Translations under genes and position numbers: made by a program | Shown here: one piece after another, positions 27,020 to 36,005 of the stretch | Layout: every line of letters starts with the position of its first letter | How positions within the stretch are numbered: position 1 is the stretch's first letter | Assembly: GCA_016124335.1 (NCBI GenBank) | Contig: WGNX01000004.1 | Span: forward strand, 144,418 to 208,417 | Origin: Alphaproteobacteria bacterium | Lineage (GTDB): Bacteria > Pseudomonadota > Alphaproteobacteria > CACIAM-22H2 | DNA: 64,000 bases | Direction: 5' to 3' | Notes under the pieces: generated by a model | What the model saw: the letters and a program-made list of their open reading frames with translations, nothing else | The model's database searches: none | Told to the model about the DNA's origin: nothing

Positions 27020-28339
27020 ATGAGCAACCCGCCCCCCAAGATCGGCATCGTCAGCCTTGGCTGCCCGAAGGCGCTCGTCGATTCCGAGCGCATCCTTACC
27101 AAGTTGCGTGCGGAAGGATACGAGATCGCGCCGAGCTACGAAGGTGCCGATGCCGTCATCGTCAACACTTGCGGTTTCCTTGACAGCGCGAGGCAGGAAT
27201 CGCTCGATGCGATCGGCGAAGCACTGGCCGAAAACGGTCGCGTCATCGTGACCGGATGCCTGGGCGCCGAAAGCGATCTCATCCGCAAGACCCATCCGAA
27301 AGTTCTTTCGGTGACCGGCCCGCATCAGTACGAAGCGGTTGTCAGTGCGGTGCACGAGGCGGTGCCACCGCGCCATGACCCGTTCATCGATCTCGTACCT
27401 GCCCAAGGTATTCGTCTGACGCCGCGCCATTTCGCGTATCTAAAAATATCGGAAGGCTGCAATCACGCCTGCAGCTTCTGCATCATTCCGTCCATGCGCG
27501 GAAAGCTCGCGAGCCGGCCGGCGGCAGACGTGATGGTGGAGGCCGAACGCCTCGCCCTTGCCGGCGTCCGTGAACTGCTCGTCATCAGTCAGGACACTTC
27601 GGCCTATGGCGTTGATATCCGTCATGCCGAAAGCGCCTGGCGCAAGCGGCGCGTCAGGGCGCACATGACAGACCTGTGCGCCGCTCTCGGCGACCTGGGC
27701 GTTTGGGTACGTCTGCACTATGTCTACCCGTATCCGCATGTCGACGAGGTCATTCCGCTCATGGCGGATGGCAAGATCCTTCCCTATCTCGACATCCCTT
27801 TCCAACATGCGTCGCCGGGTGTGCTGAAAGCCATGCGGCGCCCTGCCAATCAGGAGCGCGTCCTTGAGCGAATCGCGAATTGGCGCCGCCAGGTTCCGGA
27901 CATGACCGTCCGCTCCACGTTCATCGTGGGATTTCCAGGCGAGACCGACGACGATTTCGAATTTCTCCTTCAGTGGCTTGACGAGGCCGATCTCGATCGC
28001 GTCGGCTGCTTCAAATTCGAGCCTGTGACGGGAGCCTCTGCCAACGATCTTCCGGGTGCGGTGTCGGACGACGTAAAAGAAGAGCGTTGGCATCGATTTA
28101 TGGCCGCGCAGCAGAAAATCAGCGCGCGCCGTCTCAAAAAGAAAATCGGGAAGACGATCGACGTCTTGATCGACGAAGTCCGACCAAACGAGATTATCGG
28201 CCGCTCAAAGGCCGATGCGCCGGAGATTGACGGAATCGTCAAGGTAAAATCGAAAACGCCGCTCCGCGTCGGCGAAATCGTAAAGATCAAAGTCACCGGA
28301 GCGACGGCTTATGACCTTCGTGGAAATACGCTTTCCTAG
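27020..28339 (+). CDS. rimO: Ribosomal protein S12 methylthiotransferase
   Basis: 439 aa. MTTase N-domain [16 protein letters not shown], radical-SAM [10 protein letters not shown], and a C-terminal TRAM domain. Confidence 0.95.
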   Translation: MSNPPPKIGIVSLGCPKALVDSERILTKLRAEGYEIAPSYEGADAVIVNTCGFLDSARQESLDAIGEALAENGRVIVTGCLGAESDLIRKTHPKVLSVTGPHQYEAVVSAVHEAVPPRHDPFIDLVPAQGIRLTPRHFAYLKISEGCNHACSFCIIPSMRGKLASRPAADVMVEAERLALAGVRELLVISQDTSAYGVDIRHAESAWRKRRVRAHMTDLCAALGDLGVWVRLHYVYPYPHVDEVIPLMADGKILPYLDIPFQHASPGVLKAMRRPANQERVLERIANWRRQVPDMTVRSTFIVGFPGETDDDFEFLLQWLDEADLDRVGCFKFEPVTGASANDLPGAVSDDVKEERWHRFMAAQQKISARRLKKKIGKTIDVLIDEVRPNEIIGRSKADAPEIDGIVKVKSKTPLRVGEIVKIKVTGATAYDLRGNTLS

Positions 28340-28380
28340 ATAGTCCGAAATCGAACTCACGCCCAAGTCGGGCAGCGACT

Positions 28381-28421
28381 CCGGAAAATCGAAGCGACGC
28401 AATGTCGCGCCGATTTTCCGG
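28381..28421 (+). terminator. Long hairpin downstream of rimO (candidate intrinsic terminator)
   Basis: CCGGAAAATCG...(inner GCGAC-gcaat-GTCGC)...CGATTTTCCGG, with 11-bp perfect outer arms, followed by ATTTGTAG. It starts 42 nt after the rimO stop. Confidence 0.45.
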
Positions 28422-28545
28422 ATTTGTAGTCACATACGACACCCAGTAGATAACGGTTTGTCATCACCTCTTATAGTTGTCAATGAGTCTTGTTTTATCG
28501 GCCGGCCTCGCCTCCATCCAATTCGCAAATCCAGGAAATCGACTG

Positions 28546-28896
28546 CTATCTGCGAACGAGTTCCGCAAGAAGCTTCTGAAGCTGCGCGGCATCCATCGTC
28601 GCTGTTCCCGAAGCTCTCTCCTCGAGAAATCGGGCGGCAACGGTGGCAGCGAACAATGCCGCTTGTTCGGGATGCAGCGTGGTCCAATGATACGCTTCGT
28701 CAAGCGGCGGCCGGAACGGAACGCGCGCAGCATTATCCGGCGTATGGAAGACCTCCAGCGCGTAAATGCCTCGGTCGGTGACGGTCACTTCGATTTCGAG
28801 GCGCCCCCAAGGTGTGTCCGCACCGTAGACGAAGCAACCTGAGTTCGGCGGGCGATAGTCGTAGGCCACTTCGCTTAGGATCGGGACGTAAGGCAT
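28546..28896 (-). CDS. Hypothetical protein (116 aa), no family recognised
   Basis: ATG 28896 lies 20 nt downstream of tRNA-Leu on the same strand. MPYVPILSEVAYDYRPPNSGCFVYGADTPWGRLEIEVTVTDRGIYALEVFH.... The upstream part of the 149-aa track ORF runs through the tRNA gene and is rejected. Confidence 0.5.
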   Translation of the reverse strand: MPYVPILSEVAYDYRPPNSGCFVYGADTPWGRLEIEVTVTDRGIYALEVFHTPDNAARVPFRPPLDEAYHWTTLHPEQAALFAATVAARFLEERASGTATMDAAQLQKLLAELVRR

Positions 28897-28916
28897 TCGA
28901 TTTCGCGCCTTACCGA

Positions 28917-29001
28917 TGGTGCCCGCTGCCGGACTCGAACCGGCACGCCTTGCGACCCGGGATTTTAAGTCCCGTGCGTCTACCTGTTCCGCCAAGCGGG
29001 C
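28917..29001 (-). tRNA. tRNA-Leu (anticodon UAA), type II with long variable arm, CCA encoded
   Basis: The reverse complement reads GCCCGCTTGGCGGAACAGGTAGACGCACGGGACTTAAAATCCCGGGTCGCAAGGCGTGCCGGTTCGAGTCCGGCAGCGGGCACCA. 7-bp acceptor stem GCCCGCT/AGCGGGC, anticodon loop CUUAAAA, T-loop GGTTCGAGTCC. Confidence 0.9.
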
Positions 29002-29016
29002 ACATTCGGCTAACCA

Positions 29017-29778
29017 TCACGCAGGCGGTTCGTCGCTGGCAATGCCGCCAAGCGACCGGATCATCGCGGCGATTTCACCCGCCGCATCAGCAAGCTTTAT
29101 TCGATCCACGCCTCGAACGACAACGACATTCCGGAATGTGCCGTCCGGCCGTTGCCCGGGATACGATCCGATCTCAAGATCGGCATATCGAGCCTGGATC
29201 GCCGCGAGCGCATCGCCAATTCGACCTTCCGCGACATTTCCCACGACGGAATGCGCGAGCAAGACTGGGCCGCCTTTCAGACCGGACGCGACGCCTTCAA
29301 ACATGGCCTGCATGATCCGTGGCACGCCCGCCATCGTGTAGACGTTGTCAATCTTGAAACCGGGCGCCTTGCTGATCGGGTTGGCAATCAGTTCCGCACC
29401 GTGCGGGATTGTCGCCATCCGCAGTCGCGCCGGCGTGAGTTCATCGTCGCTCTTGTAGTTCGACCGCAGTATCGCGCGGGCGGCATCATTCAATTCCCAT
29501 GGGACGCCAAATGCCTTTGCAATCGATTCCGCGGTTATATCGTCGTGCGTCGGGCCTATTCCGCCACACGTGAAGACATAGCTGTATTTTGCGCGTACCT
29601 CGTTTACGACCGAGACGATCGTCGCCGAGTCGTCAGGAATTACACGAATTTCCTTCAAGCGAACCCCGAGCCCCGTCAGGCGTTCAGCAAGCCAGCCAGA
29701 GTTCGTATCCTTCGTCCTGCCGGACAGGATCTCGTTGCCAATGATGAGGACGCAGGCTGTCGGAACGGAATCGGCCAT
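29017..29778 (-). CDS. CinA-like molybdopterin-binding (MoCF_biosynth) domain protein
   Basis: 253 aa. ACVLIIGNEILSGRTKDTNSGWLA...FTCGGIGPTHDDIT. Its stop is 15 nt upstream of tRNA-Leu. Confidence 0.85.
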   Translation of the reverse strand: MADSVPTACVLIIGNEILSGRTKDTNSGWLAERLTGLGVRLKEIRVIPDDSATIVSVVNEVRAKYSYVFTCGGIGPTHDDITAESIAKAFGVPWELNDAARAILRSNYKSDDELTPARLRMATIPHGAELIANPISKAPGFKIDNVYTMAGVPRIMQAMFEGVASGLKGGPVLLAHSVVGNVAEGRIGDALAAIQARYADLEIGSYPGQRPDGTFRNVVVVRGVDRIKLADAAGEIAAMIRSLGGIASDEPPA

Positions 29779-29852
29779 CGCTCGACAATACGGCCTCCCG
29801 TCGCGCGGCGCACGCGATTCGGTACCCCCGGCATGCTAGACTGAACCTCGCC

Positions 29853-30569
29853 ATGAAAGATGCACACGCCGTCCTGCTCGCCGCCCGCTTTCGGTCCGAA
29901 GACGCGCTGACCGTCGGCCGCACGCCCGAGATCACGGCTAGTGCCGCCATGGCGGCACACGAAATTCTCGATCGCGCGATCGCGAATATCGCAACCGAGA
30001 TCGAAGAAGTCGGGCCCGTCGCATGCCGGAAGGGGTGCAACTGGTGTTGCCATCAACACGTCGCGGTTCTTGGCGCGGAGGCCCTGGCGATCTATCTGCA
30101 TATCAAAGGTACGCCCGCAGAAGCGCGTGTCCGTGCGTCGGCGCCGGAAATCGTGGGGCGCGATGCGCGAGCCCGCCGTCTTGCAAAAATACCCTGCCCT
30201 TTTGTTGATGGCGAGACCGGGTGCGCGATTTACGCCATCCGGCCAAATCGATGCAGATCTGTCTACTCGCGCGACTCGGAATATTGCTTTCGGCGCTACG
30301 AAGGCGCCGAGAACGAACCCGTCGCGGCAGACAAGCCGATACCCGTAGAGCCCGTCGAGCGAGGCGACGCGGCAATGGCCGGCCTGCGTATCGCATTAGA
30401 CGGGCGTGGAATTCCGGCAGAGCCAGTCGAATTGGTGCACGCCTTGATCATCTTTGTTGAAAATCCGGATGCTGCGGAGGCCTATGCAGCAGGCGAAGAC
30501 GTGCTGCGGTCGGCGCGCTTGCCGGCAGTACTGGACAATCTCCCGGCGCAGACTAAATTGACCGGATGA
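29853..30569 (+). CDS. YkgJ-family (UPF0153) Cys-cluster zinc/iron-chelating protein
   Basis: 238 aa. ACRKGCNWCC and CPFV...GCAIYAIRPNRCR cysteine clusters. ATGA overlap with the map start. Confidence 0.7.
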   Translation: MKDAHAVLLAARFRSEDALTVGRTPEITASAAMAAHEILDRAIANIATEIEEVGPVACRKGCNWCCHQHVAVLGAEALAIYLHIKGTPAEARVRASAPEIVGRDARARRLAKIPCPFVDGETGCAIYAIRPNRCRSVYSRDSEYCFRRYEGAENEPVAADKPIPVEPVERGDAAMAGLRIALDGRGIPAEPVELVHALIIFVENPDAAEAYAAGEDVLRSARLPAVLDNLPAQTKLTG

Positions 30570-31393
30570 ATGATGCTGCCCTTGCCTCGCCCCTCGTCGA
30601 TACCGACGGGCGTGCTGTAAAAATCCACGGACCTGCGGATTTCGAAGGTATGCGCCGTGCCGGTCGGCTGGCGGCGGAGACGCTGGATTTCGTGACAGAG
30701 CATGTCCGTCCCGGCGTGACGACGGGTGAAATCGACCGAGCCTGCCACGACTTTATCGTTGCACGCGGCGGAATATGCGCGCCGCTCGGATACAAGGGTT
30801 TTCCGAAATCGATCTGTACATCCGTCAACCACGTCGTATGCCACGGCATTCCGGGCGACAAGGTGCTGGAGGACGGCGATATCCTGAATATTGACGTCAC
30901 CCCGATACTCGACGGGTGGCACGGCGATTCCAGCCGCATGTACCTTGTCGGAAATGTCGGCGTGAAAGCGCGCAAGCTTGTCGACACGACCTATGAAGCG
31001 ATGATGCGCGGCATCGAAGTGGTGCGCCCGGGCGCCACGCTTGGAGATATCGGCGCCGCAATTCAACGGCATGCCGAAGCGCAGAGATTTTCTGTCGTCC
31101 GGGACTTCTGCGGCCATGGTCTTGGCCGCGTTTTTCATGACTCCCCCTCCGTCCTTCACTACGGCAGACCGGGCGAAGGTCTTGTATTGCGCGCCGGTAT
31201 GTTCTTCACGATCGAGCCGATGATCAACGCCGGCGACTGGAAGGTGAAGGTCCTTTCGGACGGTTGGACGGCCGTGACTCGCGACAAGTCACTGTCGGCG
31301 CAATTCGAGCATTCTGTTGGCGTGACTGATACCGGCGTTGAAATATTCACGGCTTCGCCAAAGGGCTTCAACAAGCCGCCCTACGCAGCCTAG
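30566..31393 (+). CDS. map: Type I methionine aminopeptidase
   Basis: 275 aa. NIDVTPILDGWHGDSS, CGHGLGRVFH, FTIEPM, QFEHSV metal ligand blocks. Confidence 0.95.
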   Translation: MNDAALASPLVDTDGRAVKIHGPADFEGMRRAGRLAAETLDFVTEHVRPGVTTGEIDRACHDFIVARGGICAPLGYKGFPKSICTSVNHVVCHGIPGDKVLEDGDILNIDVTPILDGWHGDSSRMYLVGNVGVKARKLVDTTYEAMMRGIEVVRPGATLGDIGAAIQRHAEAQRFSVVRDFCGHGLGRVFHDSPSVLHYGRPGEGLVLRAGMFFTIEPMINAGDWKVKVLSDGWTAVTRDKSLSAQFEHSVGVTDTGVEIFTASPKGFNKPPYAA

Positions 31394-32001
31394 CGCTCGG
31401 CAAAAGCCAGTTTCGCGCCCAAGCCAACAAAGGCCGCCGCAAATCCGCGGCGCAACCAGCCGAGTACGCTCGGGCTCGACAAGACTCTTCGGCGCATCGC
31501 AGCAGCAAAAACGCCGTATGCCGCGAAGACCAAAAAAGTCATTGCCATAAACACGGCGCTTAATTCGAACATTTGAGCGAGCGCTGCCGGATCGTCGACA
31601 CGTACGAACTGGGGCAGAAACGCGAAGAAAAAAATCGAAAGTTTCGGATTGAAGAGATTCACAAGAATCGCGCTGTAGATAATTCGGGCTGCCGATCGCG
31701 GCTTGGCCGATCGATGGACGCTGAGCGTCCCGCTCTCCCTAAGTGTGCCCCAAGCCAAATAAAGAAGATAACCGACACCGGCGAACTTTAGCGATTCAAA
31801 GGCGATAGCACTTGCGTGCAGAAGAGCGGCGGCACCGGAAATTGCCGCGATCATGTGTGGTACAATTCCCAACGTGCAGCCGAATGCAGCGACAATCCCT
31901 GCTCTTGCGCCGCGCGACAATCCGGCGGCAATCGTAAAAAGTGCCCCACTGCCGGGTGCCAATACGACGACAAGCGATGTAATGAGGAATTCCAAGCTCA
32001 T
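31390..32001 (-). CDS. LysE/RhtB-family amino-acid exporter
   Basis: 203 aa from ATG 32001. VVLAPGSGALFTIAAGLSRG ... NLFNPKLSIFFFAFLPQF. The upstream part of the 363-aa track ORF is rejected. Confidence 0.85.
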   Translation of the reverse strand: MSLEFLITSLVVVLAPGSGALFTIAAGLSRGARAGIVAAFGCTLGIVPHMIAAISGAAALLHASAIAFESLKFAGVGYLLYLAWGTLRESGTLSVHRSAKPRSAARIIYSAILVNLFNPKLSIFFFAFLPQFVRVDDPAALAQMFELSAVFMAMTFLVFAAYGVFAAAMRRRVLSSPSVLGWLRRGFAAAFVGLGAKLAFAER

Positions 32002-32105
32002 CCCGGAACTATACCGGCAGCTGCTCAAGAAATCATGCGGAACAAACAAATGATATTCGACTGACGACCGATGATTGTAACCTGCAAATGACGAGCTAAA
32101 ATCGG

Positions 32106-32795
32106 ATGGTGGCAGAAACCTCCGAACCCCACTATCTCGGCCATCGGCAACGCCTTCGCGAGCGCTTTCGTCGCGCCGGCGGCTCCGGATTTGAGGACTA
32201 TGAGCTTCTCGAACTGCTGTTGTTTTCTGCAATCCCGCGCCGGGATGTAAAGCCCTTGGCGAAGGCGTTGATCGAACGGTTCGGCGGGTATGCAGCCGTC
32301 CTGTCGGCCTCCCGAACCGATCTTGAGCGCATTGACGGTCTAGGCGAGGTCGCCGTCGACGCGATACTCGCGGTTCGGGAGGCCTCGATCCGTCTCGTAC
32401 GCGAAGAGGCATTTTCCCAGCCGGTGCTTTCCGGCTGGCAGCAGTTGATTGACTACTGCCGTGCCGACATGGCGCGGGCAAAAATCGAGCATTTCAGGTT
32501 GATTTTTCTGGACCGGCGAAATCGCGTAATTAGCGACGAATTGCAGCAGGCTGGAACCGTCGACCATGCGCCTGTGTATCCGCGCGAGGTGGCCAGGCGA
32601 TGCCTCGAACTTTCAGCAACCGCAGTCATCCTGGTTCACAACCATCCTTCGGGCGATCCCGCGCCAAGCCGGGCCGACATCGATATCACGCGGGAAATTT
32701 CAAAGGCGCTCGCCGCCATCGGCGTGATGGTCCATGACCACATTGTCATCGGCCGGCGCGGGCACGCGAGTTTCAAGAGCATGGGTCTGCTGTAG
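32106..32795 (+). CDS. radC: RadC-family JAB/MPN-domain protein
   Basis: 229 aa. GHRQRLRERF, ELLELLL, HhH region, and JAMM motif HNHPSGDPAPSRADI. Confidence 0.9.
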   Translation: MVAETSEPHYLGHRQRLRERFRRAGGSGFEDYELLELLLFSAIPRRDVKPLAKALIERFGGYAAVLSASRTDLERIDGLGEVAVDAILAVREASIRLVREEAFSQPVLSGWQQLIDYCRADMARAKIEHFRLIFLDRRNRVISDELQQAGTVDHAPVYPREVARRCLELSATAVILVHNHPSGDPAPSRADIDITREISKALAAIGVMVHDHIVIGRRGHASFKSMGLL

Positions 32796-32817
32796 CCAGT
32801 TCGTGTAAATTGGGGGC

Positions 32818-33720
32818 ATGCCCGAACTGGAAAGTTCCACCGTCCTGATTTTGATCGATCTCCAGAAGGCGATCGACATGCCCTATTGGGGGCGTCGGAA
32901 CAACCCTTCGGCCGAAGCAAACATCGGGAAATTGCTCGACGCGTGGCGCCGGGCACGTCAGCCGGTCGTCCATGTCCGGCACGATTCCAAATCGTCCGAC
33001 AGCGGGTATCGTCCGGGACAGGCGGGCAACGACTTCAAGACGGATTTCGCGCCCCTGACGGGCGAACGTGTCGAGCCCAAACGAACCAACAGCGCGTTCA
33101 TTGGAACCGGTCTTGAAAGCTACCTGCGAAACGCAGGACCGCCCGCCGTGGTGATCGCAGGCGTATCCACGAGCAATTCTGTGGAGGCGACCGTCCGCAT
33201 GTCCGGAAATCTCGGCTTCAGGACCTTCCTTGCCGGCGATGCCTGCTGGACATTCGACAAGACTCTGGCCGACGGCCGGACGATACCAGCCGAAGACGTC
33301 CACGCATTGTCGCTTGCCAATCTCGACGGAGAATACGCGCGTGTGGTCGACACGGCTTGGCTACTCGCAAACCTTCCGGTACGCTCCCGCCCCATGAAAA
33401 CCCAACATCGTTCGCACCATGACATGGGCGGGGCCGAACCTTTTCGGTCGGCGCAGATCGACCGCGCAGAGCACGAATTGTCGCAGTTCGACAAGCAGGT
33501 CGATGCGCTCATGAACCTGCTGTCGCATCCTTCGAGGCGTCTCGTGCGTGTCGACGAACTTCGCAACGCGATCGAATCCCTGCCGCCCGATCGATATGAT
33601 GACCTCGCCTATTACGAGAAATGGATTCACGCGATTGCCGAAGTCCTGGTCGAGAAGGACGTGATTGGCGAAGAAGAGCTTGTGCTCAAGCTCGCGGAAC
33701 TCAAGGAACGCGAACAATGA
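32818..33720 (+). CDS. In-frame fusion: isochorismatase/cysteine-hydrolase-like domain + N-terminal half of nitrile-hydratase beta subunit
   Basis: 300 aa, single ORF. aa 1-186 are isochorismatase-like (LILIDLQ, EPKRTNSAF, VIAGVSTSNSVEAT). aa 193-300 (from ATG 33394) are NHase-beta N-domain-like (HHDMGG..., SLPPDRYDDLAYYEKWIHAIAEVL). There is no stop codon between the two parts. Confidence 0.7.
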   Translation: MPELESSTVLILIDLQKAIDMPYWGRRNNPSAEANIGKLLDAWRRARQPVVHVRHDSKSSDSGYRPGQAGNDFKTDFAPLTGERVEPKRTNSAFIGTGLESYLRNAGPPAVVIAGVSTSNSVEATVRMSGNLGFRTFLAGDACWTFDKTLADGRTIPAEDVHALSLANLDGEYARVVDTAWLLANLPVRSRPMKTQHRSHHDMGGAEPFRSAQIDRAEHELSQFDKQVDALMNLLSHPSRRLVRVDELRNAIESLPPDRYDDLAYYEKWIHAIAEVLVEKDVIGEEELVLKLAELKEREQ

Positions 33721-34016
33721 GATTTGCTCCCGGGGACCGAGTTCGCGTTCGTGACGCTTGGCCCGAGTCGACGGGAAAAAAGGTACATGTGCGAACCCCC
33801 CATTTCGTTCGTGGCCATGTGGGAACCGTCCTTCGCGTCATGGGCGAATTTGCCAATCCCGAAGAATTGGCATTCGGGCGCCAGGGCTTGCCCAAACTTC
33901 CGCTGTACATGGTCGAATTTGAACGAGAAGCCCTGTTCCCGGGTACCTCGTACGGCCGCGAATCCCTGACTGCGGACATTTATGCAAACTGGCTCGAGCC
34001 AGGGGAGCAAATATGA
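33717..34016 (+). CDS. Nitrile-hydratase beta subunit, C-terminal (SH3-like) half as a separate polypeptide
   Basis: 99 aa. ATGA overlaps at both ends. FAPGDRVRVRD...HVRTPHFVRGHVGTVLRV...PLYMVEFEREALF...ADIYANWLEP. Confidence 0.8.
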   Translation: MRFAPGDRVRVRDAWPESTGKKVHVRTPHFVRGHVGTVLRVMGEFANPEELAFGRQGLPKLPLYMVEFEREALFPGTSYGRESLTADIYANWLEPGEQI

Positions 34017-34654
34017 GCGAGGGACATCATCACGACCACATCCACGCCGGTCACGATCACACACCGCACGCAGTACAAGAGCCGCGCGCGGAATTTCGGC
34101 GTCTTGAACGTGCCGTTCGTGAACTTCTGGTCGCCAAAGGCGTGATCGGGCAAGACGACGTCCGCAAGCAAATCGAATTGATGGACAGCCGCAACCCGGC
34201 GATGGGGGCACGTATCGTCGCACGGGCATGGATGGACGCCGGGTTCAAGAAGCGGCTGCTGGACGACGCCAAGGCGGCGGCAGACGAGCTCGGCATCGAT
34301 ACGTCGAATTCCGCCGCCGTCGTCGCGCTCGAAAATACCGAAAAGCTGCATCATATGGTCGTCTGTACGCTTTGCTCGTGCTACCCGAAGGCAATCCTCG
34401 GAATTCCGCCGGCGTGGTACAAGTCGTCGGCCTATCGCGCGCGTGCCGTCATCGAACCCCGGAAAGTGCTCGCGGAATTCGGTACTGTCCTGCCCGACGA
34501 CGTCGAAATCCGCGTCGTGGATTCGACTGCGGATATGCGCTATCTCGTGCTGCCGCGCCGTCCGGCCGGAACCGAAGGATGGTCCGAAGATGCACTTGCG
34601 GCGATCGTCGGGCGCGACAGCATGATCGGCACGACCGTGCCGAAGGCAAACTGA
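34013..34654 (+). CDS. Nitrile-hydratase alpha subunit (cobalt-type metal site) with His-rich N-terminus
   Basis: 213 aa. Claw-setting motif VVCTLCSCYPKAILGIPPAWYKSSAYRARAV (Thr variant, cobalt type). N-terminus MSEGHHHDHIHAGHDHTPH. Confidence 0.9.
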   Translation: MSEGHHHDHIHAGHDHTPHAVQEPRAEFRRLERAVRELLVAKGVIGQDDVRKQIELMDSRNPAMGARIVARAWMDAGFKKRLLDDAKAAADELGIDTSNSAAVVALENTEKLHHMVVCTLCSCYPKAILGIPPAWYKSSAYRARAVIEPRKVLAEFGTVLPDDVEIRVVDSTADMRYLVLPRRPAGTEGWSEDALAAIVGRDSMIGTTVPKAN

Positions 34655-34676
34655 ACGCATACAGGTTTAAAAAGAA

Positions 34677-35996
34677 ATGATTCCGCGCTACTCCCGCCCC
34701 CAGATGACCTCGATCTGGGAGCCCGAATCCCGTTTCCGCATCTGGTTCGAAATCGAAGCCCACGCCTGCGACGCGCAAGCCATTCTTGGCGTCATCCCCA
34801 AAAAGGCGGCGCGCGAAATCTGGAAGCGCGGAAAGTGGGAGATTGATCGGATCGATGAAATCGAGCGCGAAACCAAGCACGACGTCATCGCGTTCCTGAC
34901 CAACCTGTCGGAACATGTCGGACCGGCTGCACGCTTCGTGCATCAGGGCATGACGTCGTCCGACGTTCTGGACACGACATTCTCCGTCCAGTTGGTTCGC
35001 GCGAGCGACCTCCTTGTTGAGGGAATTGATCGCGTCCTTGCCGCGCTCGAGAAGCGCGCGAAGGAGCATAAATTCACCCCGACGATCGGCCGCAGTCACG
35101 GGATACACGCCGAACCCGTTACGTTCGGCCTGAAGCTCGCCGGCTTCCACGCCGAATTCCAGCGCAACCGCGCACGTCTGCTGTCCGCGCGGTCCGAAAT
35201 TGCGACGTGCGCGATTTCGGGCGCCGTAGGGACGTTCGCGAACATCGACCCATTCGTCGAGCAGTATGTCTCCAAAAAACTTGGCCTACAGCCGGAGCCC
35301 GTCTCCACCCAGGTCATCCCGCGCGACCGTCACGCGATGTATTTTGCGACACTTGGCGTTGTTGCGGCCTCGATCGAACGTTTTGCGATCGAGGTTCGTC
35401 ATCTACAGCGCACCGAACTTCGCGAAGCGGAGGAATTCTTCAGCCCCGGCCAGAAGGGCTCCTCCGCGATGCCGCACAAGCGCAACCCCGTCCTGTCGGA
35501 AAACCTGACGGGACTGTCGCGCATCGTCCGTGCTGCGGTCGTTCCCGCACTGGAAAATGTCGCGCTTTGGCACGAGCGTGACATCTCGCATTCGGCCGTC
35601 GAGCGCGTGTTCGGCCCCGATGCGACGATTGCGCTCGATTTCGCGCTGCACCGGATGGCCGGCCTGATCGAAAAGTGGACGATCTATCCGGAAATGATGA
35701 AGGCCAATCTCGATCGTCTCGGCGGGCTGGTCCACTCGCAGCGCGTTCTCCTGGCGCTGACCCAGGCCGGCGTCGCCCGCGAGGACGCCTACCGGATCGT
35801 CCAGTCGAACGCCATGGAGATATGGAAGAGCGGCGGCGATTTCGCGGCGCGCCTGAAGACCGACCCGGTTGTAAGGAAGAAGCTGTCAGCCAAGCAGATC
35901 GACGAGCTGTTCGATATGGGCTACCACACGAAGCACGTCGACACGATCTTCCGCCGTGTTTTCCGCACCAAGCCCAAAGCGGCGCGGCGGCGCTAG
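34677..35996 (+). CDS. purB: Adenylosuccinate lyase
   Basis: 439 aa. MIPRYSRPQM start and fumarate-lyase signature GSSAMPHKRNP. Confidence 0.95.
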   Translation: MIPRYSRPQMTSIWEPESRFRIWFEIEAHACDAQAILGVIPKKAAREIWKRGKWEIDRIDEIERETKHDVIAFLTNLSEHVGPAARFVHQGMTSSDVLDTTFSVQLVRASDLLVEGIDRVLAALEKRAKEHKFTPTIGRSHGIHAEPVTFGLKLAGFHAEFQRNRARLLSARSEIATCAISGAVGTFANIDPFVEQYVSKKLGLQPEPVSTQVIPRDRHAMYFATLGVVAASIERFAIEVRHLQRTELREAEEFFSPGQKGSSAMPHKRNPVLSENLTGLSRIVRAAVVPALENVALWHERDISHSAVERVFGPDATIALDFALHRMAGLIEKWTIYPEMMKANLDRLGGLVHSQRVLLALTQAGVAREDAYRIVQSNAMEIWKSGGDFAARLKTDPVVRKKLSAKQIDELFDMGYHTKHVDTIFRRVFRTKPKAARRR

Positions 35997-36005
35997 GCCG
36001 CCGGC

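Noticed and set aside
28917-29001. tRNA-Leu as the attachment site of a genomic island
   Set aside because: No integrase, excisionase or other mobility gene is present, and I could find no direct repeat of the tRNA 3' end within several kb. Only the single orphan ORF and the AT-rich spacer remain; these are reported as a low-interest finding.
32818-34654. Calling the split NHase-like locus a thiocyanate hydrolase
   Set aside because: The three-polypeptide arrangement resembles SCNase, but toyocamycin-type and other NHases are also split. I cannot discriminate substrate specificity by eye, so it is left as nitrile-hydratase-like.
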